A stretch of DNA of 64,000 bases, taken from an uncultured bacterium (lineage in GTDB: Bacteria; Chlamydiota; Chlamydiia; Chlamydiales; SM23-39). The stretch spans positions 144 through 64,143 of the forward strand of contig CAZXLK010000001.1 of NCBI GenBank assembly GCA_964641775.1, in the 5' to 3' direction. Under the pieces are notes generated by a model. The model was given only the letters and a program-made list of their open reading frames with translations, did no database searches and was not told where the DNA came from. Within the stretch, counting starts at the first letter, position 1. Every line of letters starts with the position of its first letter. Both the position numbers and the translations under genes were made by a program. Positions 54,331-62,849 of the stretch are shown in pieces.

Positions 54331-55697
54331 CCAAAAAAATCTCCTTTTTTGCTCTGATTTTATTGATCATTTCTGCAGTCGATAGCAACCGAAACCTCCC
54401 ATCTGCCGCAATCTTTGGCGCTCCTCTCATTTTTTTCTTTTTATTTTCTGCCGTATTTTTCCTTTTCCCCAGCGCGCTCATTGCAGCAGAACTCTCTGCT
54501 GCATTTCCGGAAGAAGGGGGGATTTACCATTGGGTAAAAGCCGCATTTAACGATCGATTCGGGATGATTGCTGTTTGGCTTCAATGGGTCAATTCGGTCA
54601 TTTGGTTTCCTACAATTTTGACATTCCTTGCAGGGGTGCTGACGTATTTATTTGATCCTGCATTGATGGATCATAAAATCTATATGATTTCGGTTATTAC
54701 AATTCTTTTTTGGAGTTTGACGATCATCAATCTTTTTGGCATTTCAATCTCTGCCAAGTTTAACTCATTTTTTTCCGTTATTGGAACGATATTTCCGATG
54801 CTTTTTTTGATTGCCTTAGGGATCTATTGGATCCTAAGAAAAGAACCTTTTCAAATCCCAATTACGGCAGAAGCCATTTTCCCCTCTCTTGCCAAATTCG
54901 ACAATTGGACAGCTCTTGTTGCAATCATGGGCTCTTTTGTCGGAATGGAGCTTTCCGGAGTCCACGTTGCCAATACGCCGCATCCCCAAAAAACATTTCC
55001 CAGAGCCCTTTTTCTAGCTGCGATCTACATCTTGGCCACGATGCTTTTCGGCTCTTTAACCATTGCCATAGTCCTGCCGATGGAAGAGATCAATTTAGCG
55101 GGCGGGCTGATGCAAGTTTTTTATAACTTTTTCAAAGTATTTCATTTAGAAGGTCTGATTCCTATCATGACCCTTCTGATTGTTTTAGGAAGCATTGGTG
55201 GGATGATCAATTGGCTCATTGCCCCTGCAAAAAGTCTTCACTACTGCTCACAATATGGCTTTCTTCCCCCATTTTTTTCAAAATTAAACCGGCATGGCGC
55301 CCCTAGCCGGATTCTAATTGCTCAGGCAATAATTGTAAGTTTCATTAGCATTGTGATTTTTCTTCTTCCTTCAATCAATGCCTTTTATTGGTTTTTAACA
55401 GCGCTCAGCAATTGCCTTTATATGTTTATGTATATTCTCATGTTCATTTCCGCCTATCGCCTTCGCTCCCACCGCCTTCCCGGTGTTTTCCGCGTCCCCG
55501 GAGGCTACCCGGGACTTTGCCTTTTCATTCTCCTCGGTCTCATCGGCGCCACCCTAACCATCATCATCGGCTTTGTCCCCCCATCCCAAATCAACATCGG
55601 CAACCACCTCCATTACGTTCTTCTAATTGCCTTCGGCAACATCATCGCCATCCTCCCCGTCTTCGCCTTCATCACCTACAAAAAGAAAACCCGTTAA
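54327..55697 (+). CDS. APC-superfamily amino acid permease/antiporter
   Basis: 456 aa with ~12 TM segments. AELSAAFPEEGGIYHWV is typical of APC family members. It overlaps the preceding stop. Confidence 0.85.
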   Translation: MTKKISFFALILLIISAVDSNRNLPSAAIFGAPLIFFFLFSAVFFLFPSALIAAELSAAFPEEGGIYHWVKAAFNDRFGMIAVWLQWVNSVIWFPTILTFLAGVLTYLFDPALMDHKIYMISVITILFWSLTIINLFGISISAKFNSFFSVIGTIFPMLFLIALGIYWILRKEPFQIPITAEAIFPSLAKFDNWTALVAIMGSFVGMELSGVHVANTPHPQKTFPRALFLAAIYILATMLFGSLTIAIVLPMEEINLAGGLMQVFYNFFKVFHLEGLIPIMTLLIVLGSIGGMINWLIAPAKSLHYCSQYGFLPPFFSKLNRHGAPSRILIAQAIIVSFISIVIFLLPSINAFYWFLTALSNCLYMFMYILMFISAYRLRSHRLPGVFRVPGGYPGLCLFILLGLIGATLTIIIGFVPPSQINIGNHLHYVLLIAFGNIIAILPVFAFITYKKKTR

Positions 55698-56569
55698 GGG
55701 TGTAGAACTAAGTTCGGGTTATGATAGAGTGTTTAATCCCAAATTGTGAATTTGATCAGCACAGAGAAAAAAATAAATGGAGTTAGAGAGTTCGCGGAGA
55801 AAAAAATGGCTGCTTCGCAGCATGGAGTTAGAACGGCCAGGCCGGAGTTAATGAGGTTGCTTTATCTCCCAAAACAAATCGGCGAATACCCTGTTTTAAA
55901 ATAGGTACGTTGAAGTTTAAAAGAAGGCCGATAGATTTGTTCATGAGCCGAAGGTATGTAAGAATTTGTGATGCATGGGTGTCTAGGAGAGCTTCGACTG
56001 CTTTGAGTTCTACGATAACTGTATTTTCTATTAAGAAATCAACACGGAAGCCACAATCAAGGTTCTTACCTTTATAATTTAAAGGAACCGATACTTCTCT
56101 TTGATAGTTTAAGTTAAAATTCTCTAACTCTGATGCCAAGCAAGTTTGATAAGTACCTTCTAAAAGACCGGGTCCAAGATGTTTATGGACCTCAATCCCG
56201 GCAGCTATGATTTTCTGAGTTAATTGATTATCCATAACGCAACTCCTAACCTCTGGCCTGGCCGTTCTAACTCTTTGCAGCTTTATCGGCTATTTTTTTT
56301 CTCTCTAGCTGATCAATTTTACACACCCTGGAATTAAAAGCCCATCTATTACATAAGCTGGGTTTCACACCTTTAAAAAAGGGTATTCGCCGATTTGTAT
56401 TGGGAGATAAAGCAACCTCATTAACTCCGGCCTGGCCGTTCTAACTCCATGCTGCGAAGCAGCCATTTTTCCCTCCGTGAACTCTCTAACTCCATTTTTT
56501 TCTCCGCGCTGATCAATTCACAATTTGGGATTAAGTACCCTATCATAACTCAAACTGGGTACCACACCC
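55698..56569. mobile_element. palindromic element carrying a GxxExxY gene: complete copy (55698-56371) plus adjacent truncated inverted half copy (56381-56569)
   Basis: The ends are GGGTGTAGAACTAAGTTCGGG.. and ..CTGGGTTTCACACC / ..AACTGGGTACCACACCCC. An ~190-bp inverted repeat joins 55698-55891 to 56381-56569. The element fills the interval between two convergent stop codons exactly. Confidence 0.75.
55828..56235 (-). CDS. GxxExxY protein (PD-(D/E)XK-like small protein family)
   Basis: 135 aa. The eponymous motif appears in GPGLLEGTYQ (G-L-L-E-G-T-Y). VDFLIENTVIVELKAV is the typical D..E.K core. Confidence 0.85.
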   Translation of the reverse strand: MDNQLTQKIIAAGIEVHKHLGPGLLEGTYQTCLASELENFNLNYQREVSVPLNYKGKNLDCGFRVDFLIENTVIVELKAVEALLDTHASQILTYLRLMNKSIGLLLNFNVPILKQGIRRFVLGDKATSLTPAWPF

Positions 56570-56770
56570 CTAATGCTCGATGACAAAAGAAATTTTGGCG
56601 TTCACTCGAAAGGTTGTGATCTTGTCATTTTCCACTTTGCCGTGGATCCATTTGAGATCGATCTGCTTAATATTTTTTAGAGTTTTAGCGGCTTCTTTTA
56701 CCCCGTTTTGCATGGCCTCTTCGATGGATTTGCCTTCGCAAGATATTTCAATGACTTTTACAATAGACAT
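56570..56770 (-). CDS. dodecin-family flavin-binding protein
   Basis: MSIVKVIEISCEGKSIEEAMQNGVKEAAKTLKNIKQ..FRVNAKISFVIEH, preceded by the SD AAAGGAGGA. Confidence 0.8.
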   Translation of the reverse strand: MSIVKVIEISCEGKSIEEAMQNGVKEAAKTLKNIKQIDLKWIHGKVENDKITTFRVNAKISFVIEH

Positions 56771-56818
56771 GAAATCCTCCTTTTTTCTTTTTTCTAAATG
56801 ACTTAGAATTACTTGTAA

Positions 56819-58387
56819 ATGAATGAAATAGAAGAAGCAGTATCGAAGAGGCGGACGTTTGCCATCATTAGCCACCCCGATGCCGGGAAAACTACGCTGA
56901 CGGAAAAGCTTCTGTTGTATTCGGGGGCGATTTTGACGGCAGGGATGGTCAAGGGACGAAAAGGGCGAAAGGCTGCAGCATCGGATTGGATGGCGATGGA
57001 GCAGGAAAGGGGAATTTCAATCACCTCTTCGGCTATGCAATTTACGTATAAAGATACGATCATCAATGTCCTGGATACCCCTGGCCATGAAGATTTTTCG
57101 GAAGATACCTATCGGACTCTTACGGCGGCAGATTGCGCGATCATGGTGATCGATGCATCAAAAGGGGTGGAAAAACAAACCCTAAAACTCTTTGAAGTTT
57201 GTAGGCTTAGACAAATCCCCGTCTTGACCTTCATCAATAAAATGGATATGCCGGGAAGAGATCCCATTGATTTAATGAATGAAGTGGAAAACATCTTGCA
57301 AATCCATTCCTATGCGATGAACTGGCCGATTGGGACGGGCAAAGAGTTTCAAGGAGTGTTTGATCGCGAAAAGAATGAATGCATCTTTTTCACAAAAACT
57401 TCTGTCGGCGGCGCCCAGAAAGCCCAAATGGAAAGATTGCCTTTGTCCCAAGCCAAAGAAAGAATTGGCGATTGGAAACAAATCGAAGAAGATTTGGAGC
57501 TTCTGGATATCGCCGGTAATCCGTTTACCAAAGAAGATTTTCTTGCAGGAAAAGTAACGCCGGTCTTTTTTGCCTCAGCTCTTACCAACTTTGGCGTTGA
57601 GCCCTTTTTCGATGCTTTTATCCACCTAGCCCCACCCCCTTCTGCCCGAAAAGCCGACCGAACTGGGGGAACTGAAATTGAAATTGACCCTGTAAAACAC
57701 ACCTTCAGCGGATATATTTTTAAACTTCAGGCAAATATGGATAGACGGCATCGCGACAGCATGGCTTTTCTTCGCATCTGTTCCGGAAAATTTGAAAAAG
57801 ATCTCGTTGTCAAACACCACCGTTTGCAAAGAGAAATCCGCCTCTCTCGTCCTGCCAAATTGGTTGCAGGAGAAAGGGTTACCCTTGAATCTGCCTATCC
57901 CGGCGATGTAATTGGCGTAATCAATCCATCACTTTTTCAAATTGGAGATACCCTGTCTCTTACCGGAGGCTTTCAATATAAACCCCTCCCTCAATTCCAA
58001 CCCGAAATCTTTGCCAAACTCTATCCAAAAGATGTGAGCAAAAGAAAGTCTTTTGACAAAGGAATCTTGCAACTGGAGGGCGAAGGAGCTATCCAGATGC
58101 TGAAAACGGAAGCCGATCTCATTTTCGCAGCCGTCGGCAAGCTCCAATTCGAAGTCATGCAATACCGTCTCAAAGACGAATATCAAGTAGATACCACCTT
58201 AACCCTGCTCCCCTATCAATGCAGCGCCTGGATCCTTGGGGACTGCCAAACCTTTAAACTATCAACCTCTGCCCTCTTGGTTAAAGACCGTCTAAACCGC
58301 CCCATGGCCCTATTTACAAGTATCTGGGACAAAGAGTATTGCATCAAACAAAACCCAAATCATAAACTTGTGGACATTCTTGCATAA
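56819..58387 (+). CDS. prfC: peptide chain release factor 3
   Basis: Contains RRTFAIISHPDAGKTTLTEKLL, DTPGHEDF and NKMD. Confidence 0.95.
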   Translation: MNEIEEAVSKRRTFAIISHPDAGKTTLTEKLLLYSGAILTAGMVKGRKGRKAAASDWMAMEQERGISITSSAMQFTYKDTIINVLDTPGHEDFSEDTYRTLTAADCAIMVIDASKGVEKQTLKLFEVCRLRQIPVLTFINKMDMPGRDPIDLMNEVENILQIHSYAMNWPIGTGKEFQGVFDREKNECIFFTKTSVGGAQKAQMERLPLSQAKERIGDWKQIEEDLELLDIAGNPFTKEDFLAGKVTPVFFASALTNFGVEPFFDAFIHLAPPPSARKADRTGGTEIEIDPVKHTFSGYIFKLQANMDRRHRDSMAFLRICSGKFEKDLVVKHHRLQREIRLSRPAKLVAGERVTLESAYPGDVIGVINPSLFQIGDTLSLTGGFQYKPLPQFQPEIFAKLYPKDVSKRKSFDKGILQLEGEGAIQMLKTEADLIFAAVGKLQFEVMQYRLKDEYQVDTTLTLLPYQCSAWILGDCQTFKLSTSALLVKDRLNRPMALFTSIWDKEYCIKQNPNHKLVDILA

Positions 58388-59162
58388 TTACATTTGCCGG
58401 CCTGTCATCAACATGCGAGAGTTGCCTTCGCAAAATTCCAGGGTCATCTCCCAAGCCCTCTTTGCTGAAGAAATCCAAATTATACAACAACAAGACGATT
58501 GGCTTCTTATCCAAACTCCGGATCAATATCAAGGCTGGATCCCTGCATCGTCTTTCGTACAAAGAAAAACCGCCTATTTGCCAAATATCAAAACCACCCG
58601 TCTAAAGGCGCATCTTTATAGCGAGCCGGATGTTGAATTTGGCCCCCTGACGACCCTTCCCCTTGGGTCCCCCCTAGTCCTTCTTAATCAAGAAACTAGA
58701 TGGGCACAAGTCGAGCTTCCCGATTCTGAGCAAGCCTTCATCCAAACGGGCGATCTAAAAGCTTTTCCCCCCGAAGATCTCCTTGCTTTTAGCAGGCGAT
58801 TTTTAGGCCTTCCATATACTTGGGGAGGACGCTCTAGCTTCGGCTTTGATTGCTCCGGCTTCATCCAAATGCTTTATGCTCAAAAAGGTATCCTTCTCCC
58901 CAGAGATTCCAAAGATCAAGCCCAAGACCCGAGATTCCAACCCGTTCAAGACCCTCTTCCGGGGGACCTCATTTTCTTCGGCCATAGCCCGTCCGTTATC
59001 AAACATGTTGGTCTAAATTTAGGCCAAAATCAATTTATCCACGCTTCTTCCATAGAAAACCTCCCCTGGCTCCGCTTAAGCTATACCACTGACCCTGAGT
59101 GGGTTGGGTCTAGGAATGCCTATTATCCCTATCGCTTCTTCTGTCGCTTTTTAAAAAATTAA
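58368..59162 (+). CDS. NlpC/P60 (C40) peptidase with N-terminal SH3b-like domains
   Basis: Contains GLPYTWGGRSSFGFDCSGFIQMLY and GHSPSVIKHVGL. The start may alternatively be at 58413. Confidence 0.85.
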   Translation: MWTFLHNYICRPVINMRELPSQNSRVISQALFAEEIQIIQQQDDWLLIQTPDQYQGWIPASSFVQRKTAYLPNIKTTRLKAHLYSEPDVEFGPLTTLPLGSPLVLLNQETRWAQVELPDSEQAFIQTGDLKAFPPEDLLAFSRRFLGLPYTWGGRSSFGFDCSGFIQMLYAQKGILLPRDSKDQAQDPRFQPVQDPLPGDLIFFGHSPSVIKHVGLNLGQNQFIHASSIENLPWLRLSYTTDPEWVGSRNAYYPYRFFCRFLKN

Positions 59163-59213
59163 CTTTCCCAATAATCGAATATATTATAATTGTGAAAATG
59201 AAGGAGTAATCAT

Positions 59214-59396
59214 ATGAGAACTATTATTGTTGCCCTAGCTTTTTGTTTAGCTTCTTGTTGCGGAAATGACTGCTGCGATACAGGATGCTATAAATGCCAA
59301 GAAAAACCAGCCTGCTCTTGCAAGTGCCGGCCGAAATGCGAATGCAAACCATGCAAACCAAAGTGCTGCCCACCACCAAGACCACGCTGCTCTTGA
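59214..59396 (+). CDS. small cysteine-rich lipoprotein, OmcA-like
   Basis: MRTIIVALAFCLASCCGNDCCDTGCYKCQEKPACSCKCRPKCECKPCKPKCCPPPRPRCS has a lipobox LASC and Cys at roughly a third of mature residues. An SD GAAGGAG lies upstream. Confidence 0.75.
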   Translation: MRTIIVALAFCLASCCGNDCCDTGCYKCQEKPACSCKCRPKCECKPCKPKCCPPPRPRCS

Positions 59397-59556
59397 TTTG
59401 CTAAATCATCAAAATTGGCAAAGATTATCTATCCCGATAATCTTTGCCTTTCAATCCACTTAATCTAAATGCTTAGAAATCAATAACATAAATCCATCAA
59501 TAAACTTGATATAAATTAATAATTTTGATATAATTATTGGTAAAATAAGGAAATAT

Positions 59557-60486
59557 ATGTCACAACTAATTCCTCCGTTAGATTATCACGATAAGCAGGT
59601 TCAGGTTGTTGCAATACCTGAAAATCGAGAAGAATGTGAACAGAAAAGAGATAACGCCAATACGGCTTTTAAGGTATCGGCTGTAGGTCTTTCAATTCTT
59701 TCAACCATGAATTGGACAACTCTTGCAATTGCTGGATTAATCAGTGTTCCCATTGCTGTCATTGGAATAGCATTAACACTCATGGTTATAGGAATTATAT
59801 ATCTTATCAATACACCGGTCCTACACGGCTCCTTTTCTCTTCTGCCATTTCTTAAAGGAAATGATACTGAGTCATTTAAGCTTCTGGCTAAAGATATCAA
59901 AAGAGGAGATACAGATAAACAGTTGATTATCTATGTGAATGGAGAAAAGATTGATAGAGAAAAATTTGAGAAAACATATTACGAATTAAACCCTGAATCT
60001 TTGGATTCCGATTATACACATTTAACTAATGCTCAACAGGACACTGCAAAAATAATGTTCGAATCTATATTAAAAGAATATAACTTACCTACTGAAGTAA
60101 AATCTAGGATTTTCGATCTCTCTTCACAAACACTTTTTAATGCACTTTTCTTCGGTACACATTTAAAATTGAAAGAGATTAGCGACAATGAATATGAGCC
60201 TGGGAGTAAGGAGTTTAAGGTAATTGATTCTAAATATAAGAAAATCATTAATCTACAAATTGATGATGATGGTAAGTGCTTCATTTCCTCAACGTATAAA
60301 TTTAAGGCTATTAATCCTGCAAAAGAAGGAGTTGAGCTTATATATCAATCAGAATTTACTGTTGATGTCCAGACCGGAATCATGGATTTTTCTACTTATC
60401 TGATAAAAGGCAATTTAAATAACCTAAATAATTTCATCTTCCAGAAACCCTATTTACAAATAGGTGTTCAGTATGATCAAAACTGA
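59557..60486 (+). CDS. Inc-like membrane protein (bilobed hydrophobic domain)
   Basis: VSAVGLSILSTMNWTTLAIAGLISVPIAVIGIALTLMVIGIIYLI is a ~45-aa paired hydrophobic segment near the N-terminus. Confidence 0.65.
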   Translation: MSQLIPPLDYHDKQVQVVAIPENREECEQKRDNANTAFKVSAVGLSILSTMNWTTLAIAGLISVPIAVIGIALTLMVIGIIYLINTPVLHGSFSLLPFLKGNDTESFKLLAKDIKRGDTDKQLIIYVNGEKIDREKFEKTYYELNPESLDSDYTHLTNAQQDTAKIMFESILKEYNLPTEVKSRIFDLSSQTLFNALFFGTHLKLKEISDNEYEPGSKEFKVIDSKYKKIINLQIDDDGKCFISSTYKFKAINPAKEGVELIYQSEFTVDVQTGIMDFSTYLIKGNLNNLNNFIFQKPYLQIGVQYDQN

Positions 60487-60982
60487 ACCATTAGTAGAGA
60501 ATATTGTCGCTTCCTGCTTGATAAAATATTGTAAAGAATATGGCAATTATACTTCCCCTGAAGATGAAAAAGTCAAGAAAGTGGCATTCCCCATTTTGAA
60601 AGATATACAACGCCTTAATAATAAGATCGAGGCTCGTCGGGACGGCATTAAAAGATATAATCAGATTATAAATTTTATTGACTGGCTCCCTGGTTTCATT
60701 AAATGGATATTTACCTTTCATGTTGCTATATGCAAATATCAAATTAATGAAAACAATAAAGACATAAAGAAGTTTGAAAGTGAGATCGAACAGATAGAAG
60801 AGCAAATTAAAAAGAATAGAGAAAGTTTGAGTGGGCTTAGCCTGTGTGGTTTTACTGACAATGATCTTGAAAACGGTGCGTTAGCTGTAACAAGCTTTAA
60901 CGATGCATTTGAAAAGGGTGCTGCCACCGATCAAAAACTGGGAAATTTATTCCGGTCTTATTCAATAAATGGGAAATTATGA
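60473..60982 (+). CDS. hypothetical protein with one hydrophobic segment and coiled-coil C-terminal part
   Basis: ORF 60464..60982 overlaps both neighbours, consistent with operon coupling. Contains WLPGFIKWIFTFHVAI and EIEQIEEQIKKNRESL. Confidence 0.55.
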   Translation: MIKTEPLVENIVASCLIKYCKEYGNYTSPEDEKVKKVAFPILKDIQRLNNKIEARRDGIKRYNQIINFIDWLPGFIKWIFTFHVAICKYQINENNKDIKKFESEIEQIEEQIKKNRESLSGLSLCGFTDNDLENGALAVTSFNDAFEKGAATDQKLGNLFRSYSINGKL

Positions 60983-61761
60983 GCGTCTCAGCAGTAACAA
61001 ACAAGATTGATTCCGGGCATTTTGAAAGGGCTCCCGACAATAAAACGGCGTTGAAAGTGGTGGGGGTTGCTCTTGCTGCCCTAACAGCGGCTGGTTTGAC
61101 TGCAAAAATCTTAGGGGTTACGGCGCTAGGTATAGCCACGCTCCCCGCCACACTGATCCTAGTTGCTACCACAATTATGGCAATAGGCATAGCCTATCTG
61201 ATCTTTAAAACTAATTTGGAACCGTTTACCATTGAATTACCATTTGCTGAGCCATCAAAAGATTTCAATAACTTTTCGAAGAGTATAACTCGTAATGGGA
61301 TGATCATTACAATCGATAATGAGTCTTTTCCTTCTGCCAATACACAAGAATTGGATAAAGAGAAGTGGGTAACAAATGTTTGGGACCAAATCAAAGAGAA
61401 ATTAAACGAAAAAGAAGCTAGAACAATCCTTTATCATTTGAATCCCGAATTTTTTAATTAGTTAAGACATCCATTAATCTTACAAAATTTACTGAAGTCT
61501 AATGAAATGCCAGATGTTCTACATTTTAATTATGACCATCCAGATAACAAATTGAGAATAGAAATCAAAACTACTCCAGATGTAATACTTTCTGTTGCAT
61601 TAAAAGGAGCATATTATTATCCCGATGTTAATAAAAATAGGGCAATATTAGCTGATGTTAATTTAGATTTGCATGTTAAAGATCAGAAAATTACTTTGGT
61701 ATTCGTGCCTCGAGAGGTTGTTAATAGAGAATTCGGGTCATATGCAAACAGCAATAGATAA
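60979..61761 (+). pseudogene. Inc-like gene (paralog of 59557..60486) interrupted by a single in-frame TAG at 61459-61461
   Basis: ORFs 60979..61461 and 61507..61761 are in the same frame with no other stop between them. The N-part has the bilobed domain VVGVALAALTAAGLTAKILGVTALGIATLPATLILVATTIMAIGIAYLIF. Confidence 0.5.
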
Positions 61762-62553
61762 TGCTGTGATCGCAAGAAGCGAAAAGCGAAACATCTCTTT
61801 TGCCCACGCTTTATCATCTAATGTTTGAAATCCTTTGAAAGCCAAATAGATCCAGCATGCCGCAATAATAGGAGCTACGATTCGATAAGTTGTAGAGCCT
61901 ATTGGGAAAAAAGTCATTGCTGCAAATCCTAAACAATAAAGATTCATTTGTACTTTTGTAGCTTTTAGTCCTTTTTGTAATGGCAAAACGGGAATGGAGG
62001 CAGCAGCATAGTCATCGATTTTTAGGATGGAGAGGGCATAAAAGTGGGGCATTTGCCAAAGGATAAGGAGGGAAAATAGGATGAGGGCTGTTTGATCCAA
62101 ATGGCCGACAGCTGCCGCATAGCCGACAATAGGAGGCATGGCGCCGGCTAAGCTCCCAATGACCGTGGCGTGCGTTGTTTTAGGCTTTAAAAGGCTATAA
62201 GGGCCCACATAAATCAAAAACCCAAAGAGGGCGAGTAGGGTTGCGGTTAGGTTGGTAAAAAAAGTTAATAGCAAAATCCCAAAAGCCAAAAGGGCAAGGG
62301 CAAACCAAAGGGCCTGGGTTGGTGAGATGGTTTTTTGGACTAGGGCTCTCGTTTTGGTTCGGGCCATTTTGGCATCGATTTCCCTATCGATATAATTATT
62401 CGAAACACACCCGGCGCCAATAACAGCTCCAAGCCCCAGGAGCATCATGGCAAAGACAAGCCAATTGAAATGGCCACCCAAACAAAATCCGGCAGTAGCA
62501 GTGATCCAATTGCCCATTATAATTTTAGGTTTCATGAGCTGCAAATACTTCAT
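61738..62553 (-). CDS. cyoE: protoheme IX farnesyltransferase (heme O synthase)
   Basis: The start MKYLQLMKPKI forms an ATGA overlap with the cyoD stop. NNYIDREIDAKMARTKTRAL is the UbiA-family motif. Confidence 0.85.
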   Translation of the reverse strand: MKYLQLMKPKIIMGNWITATAGFCLGGHFNWLVFAMMLLGLGAVIGAGCVSNNYIDREIDAKMARTKTRALVQKTISPTQALWFALALLAFGILLLTFFTNLTATLLALFGFLIYVGPYSLLKPKTTHATVIGSLAGAMPPIVGYAAAVGHLDQTALILFSLLILWQMPHFYALSILKIDDYAAASIPVLPLQKGLKATKVQMNLYCLGFAAMTFFPIGSTTYRIVAPIIAACWIYLAFKGFQTLDDKAWAKEMFRFSLLAITALSIAVCI

Positions 62554-62849
62554 GTTCCCATCAGGTTGTAATTCAAATGGTACATGATCCAAACGCTTCC
62601 TATGACAAGAAGGACTGTCACTAAAAGCATAAAAAGGAAAACCGTTAGGTTCCAATGGGGTTTTTTCTCTTTTTGCATTCCAAAAAAGGTAAGGAGAAAA
62701 AATAGGGCTTGCAAAACAGTCAGGATTGCAACGGAAAAATCTATGGTAAATTTTGAAAAAAGCCCCCCTGTTGCAATGAAAAAGGCAGTAAATGTCAAAA
62801 TCAAAGAGCTTGCAAAGCCAATGCCATAGGTAGATGGCTTTCCATTCAT
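62550..62849 (-). CDS. cyoD: cytochrome o-type quinol oxidase subunit IV (second operon)
   Basis: Starts MNGKPSTYGIGFASSLILT. It has 3 TM segments and overlaps both neighbours. Confidence 0.75.
   Translation of the reverse strand: MNGKPSTYGIGFASSLILTFTAFFIATGGLFSKFTIDFSVAILTVLQALFFLLTFFGMQKEKKPHWNLTVFLFMLLVTVLLVIGSVWIMYHLNYNLMGT

Noticed and set aside
55388-55705. 105-aa Pro/His/Arg-rich ORF (also 54827..55126) in alternative frames of the APC permease gene
   Set aside because: It lies entirely inside a well-supported 12-TM transporter ORF on the same strand. Its low-complexity composition is typical of off-frame translation.
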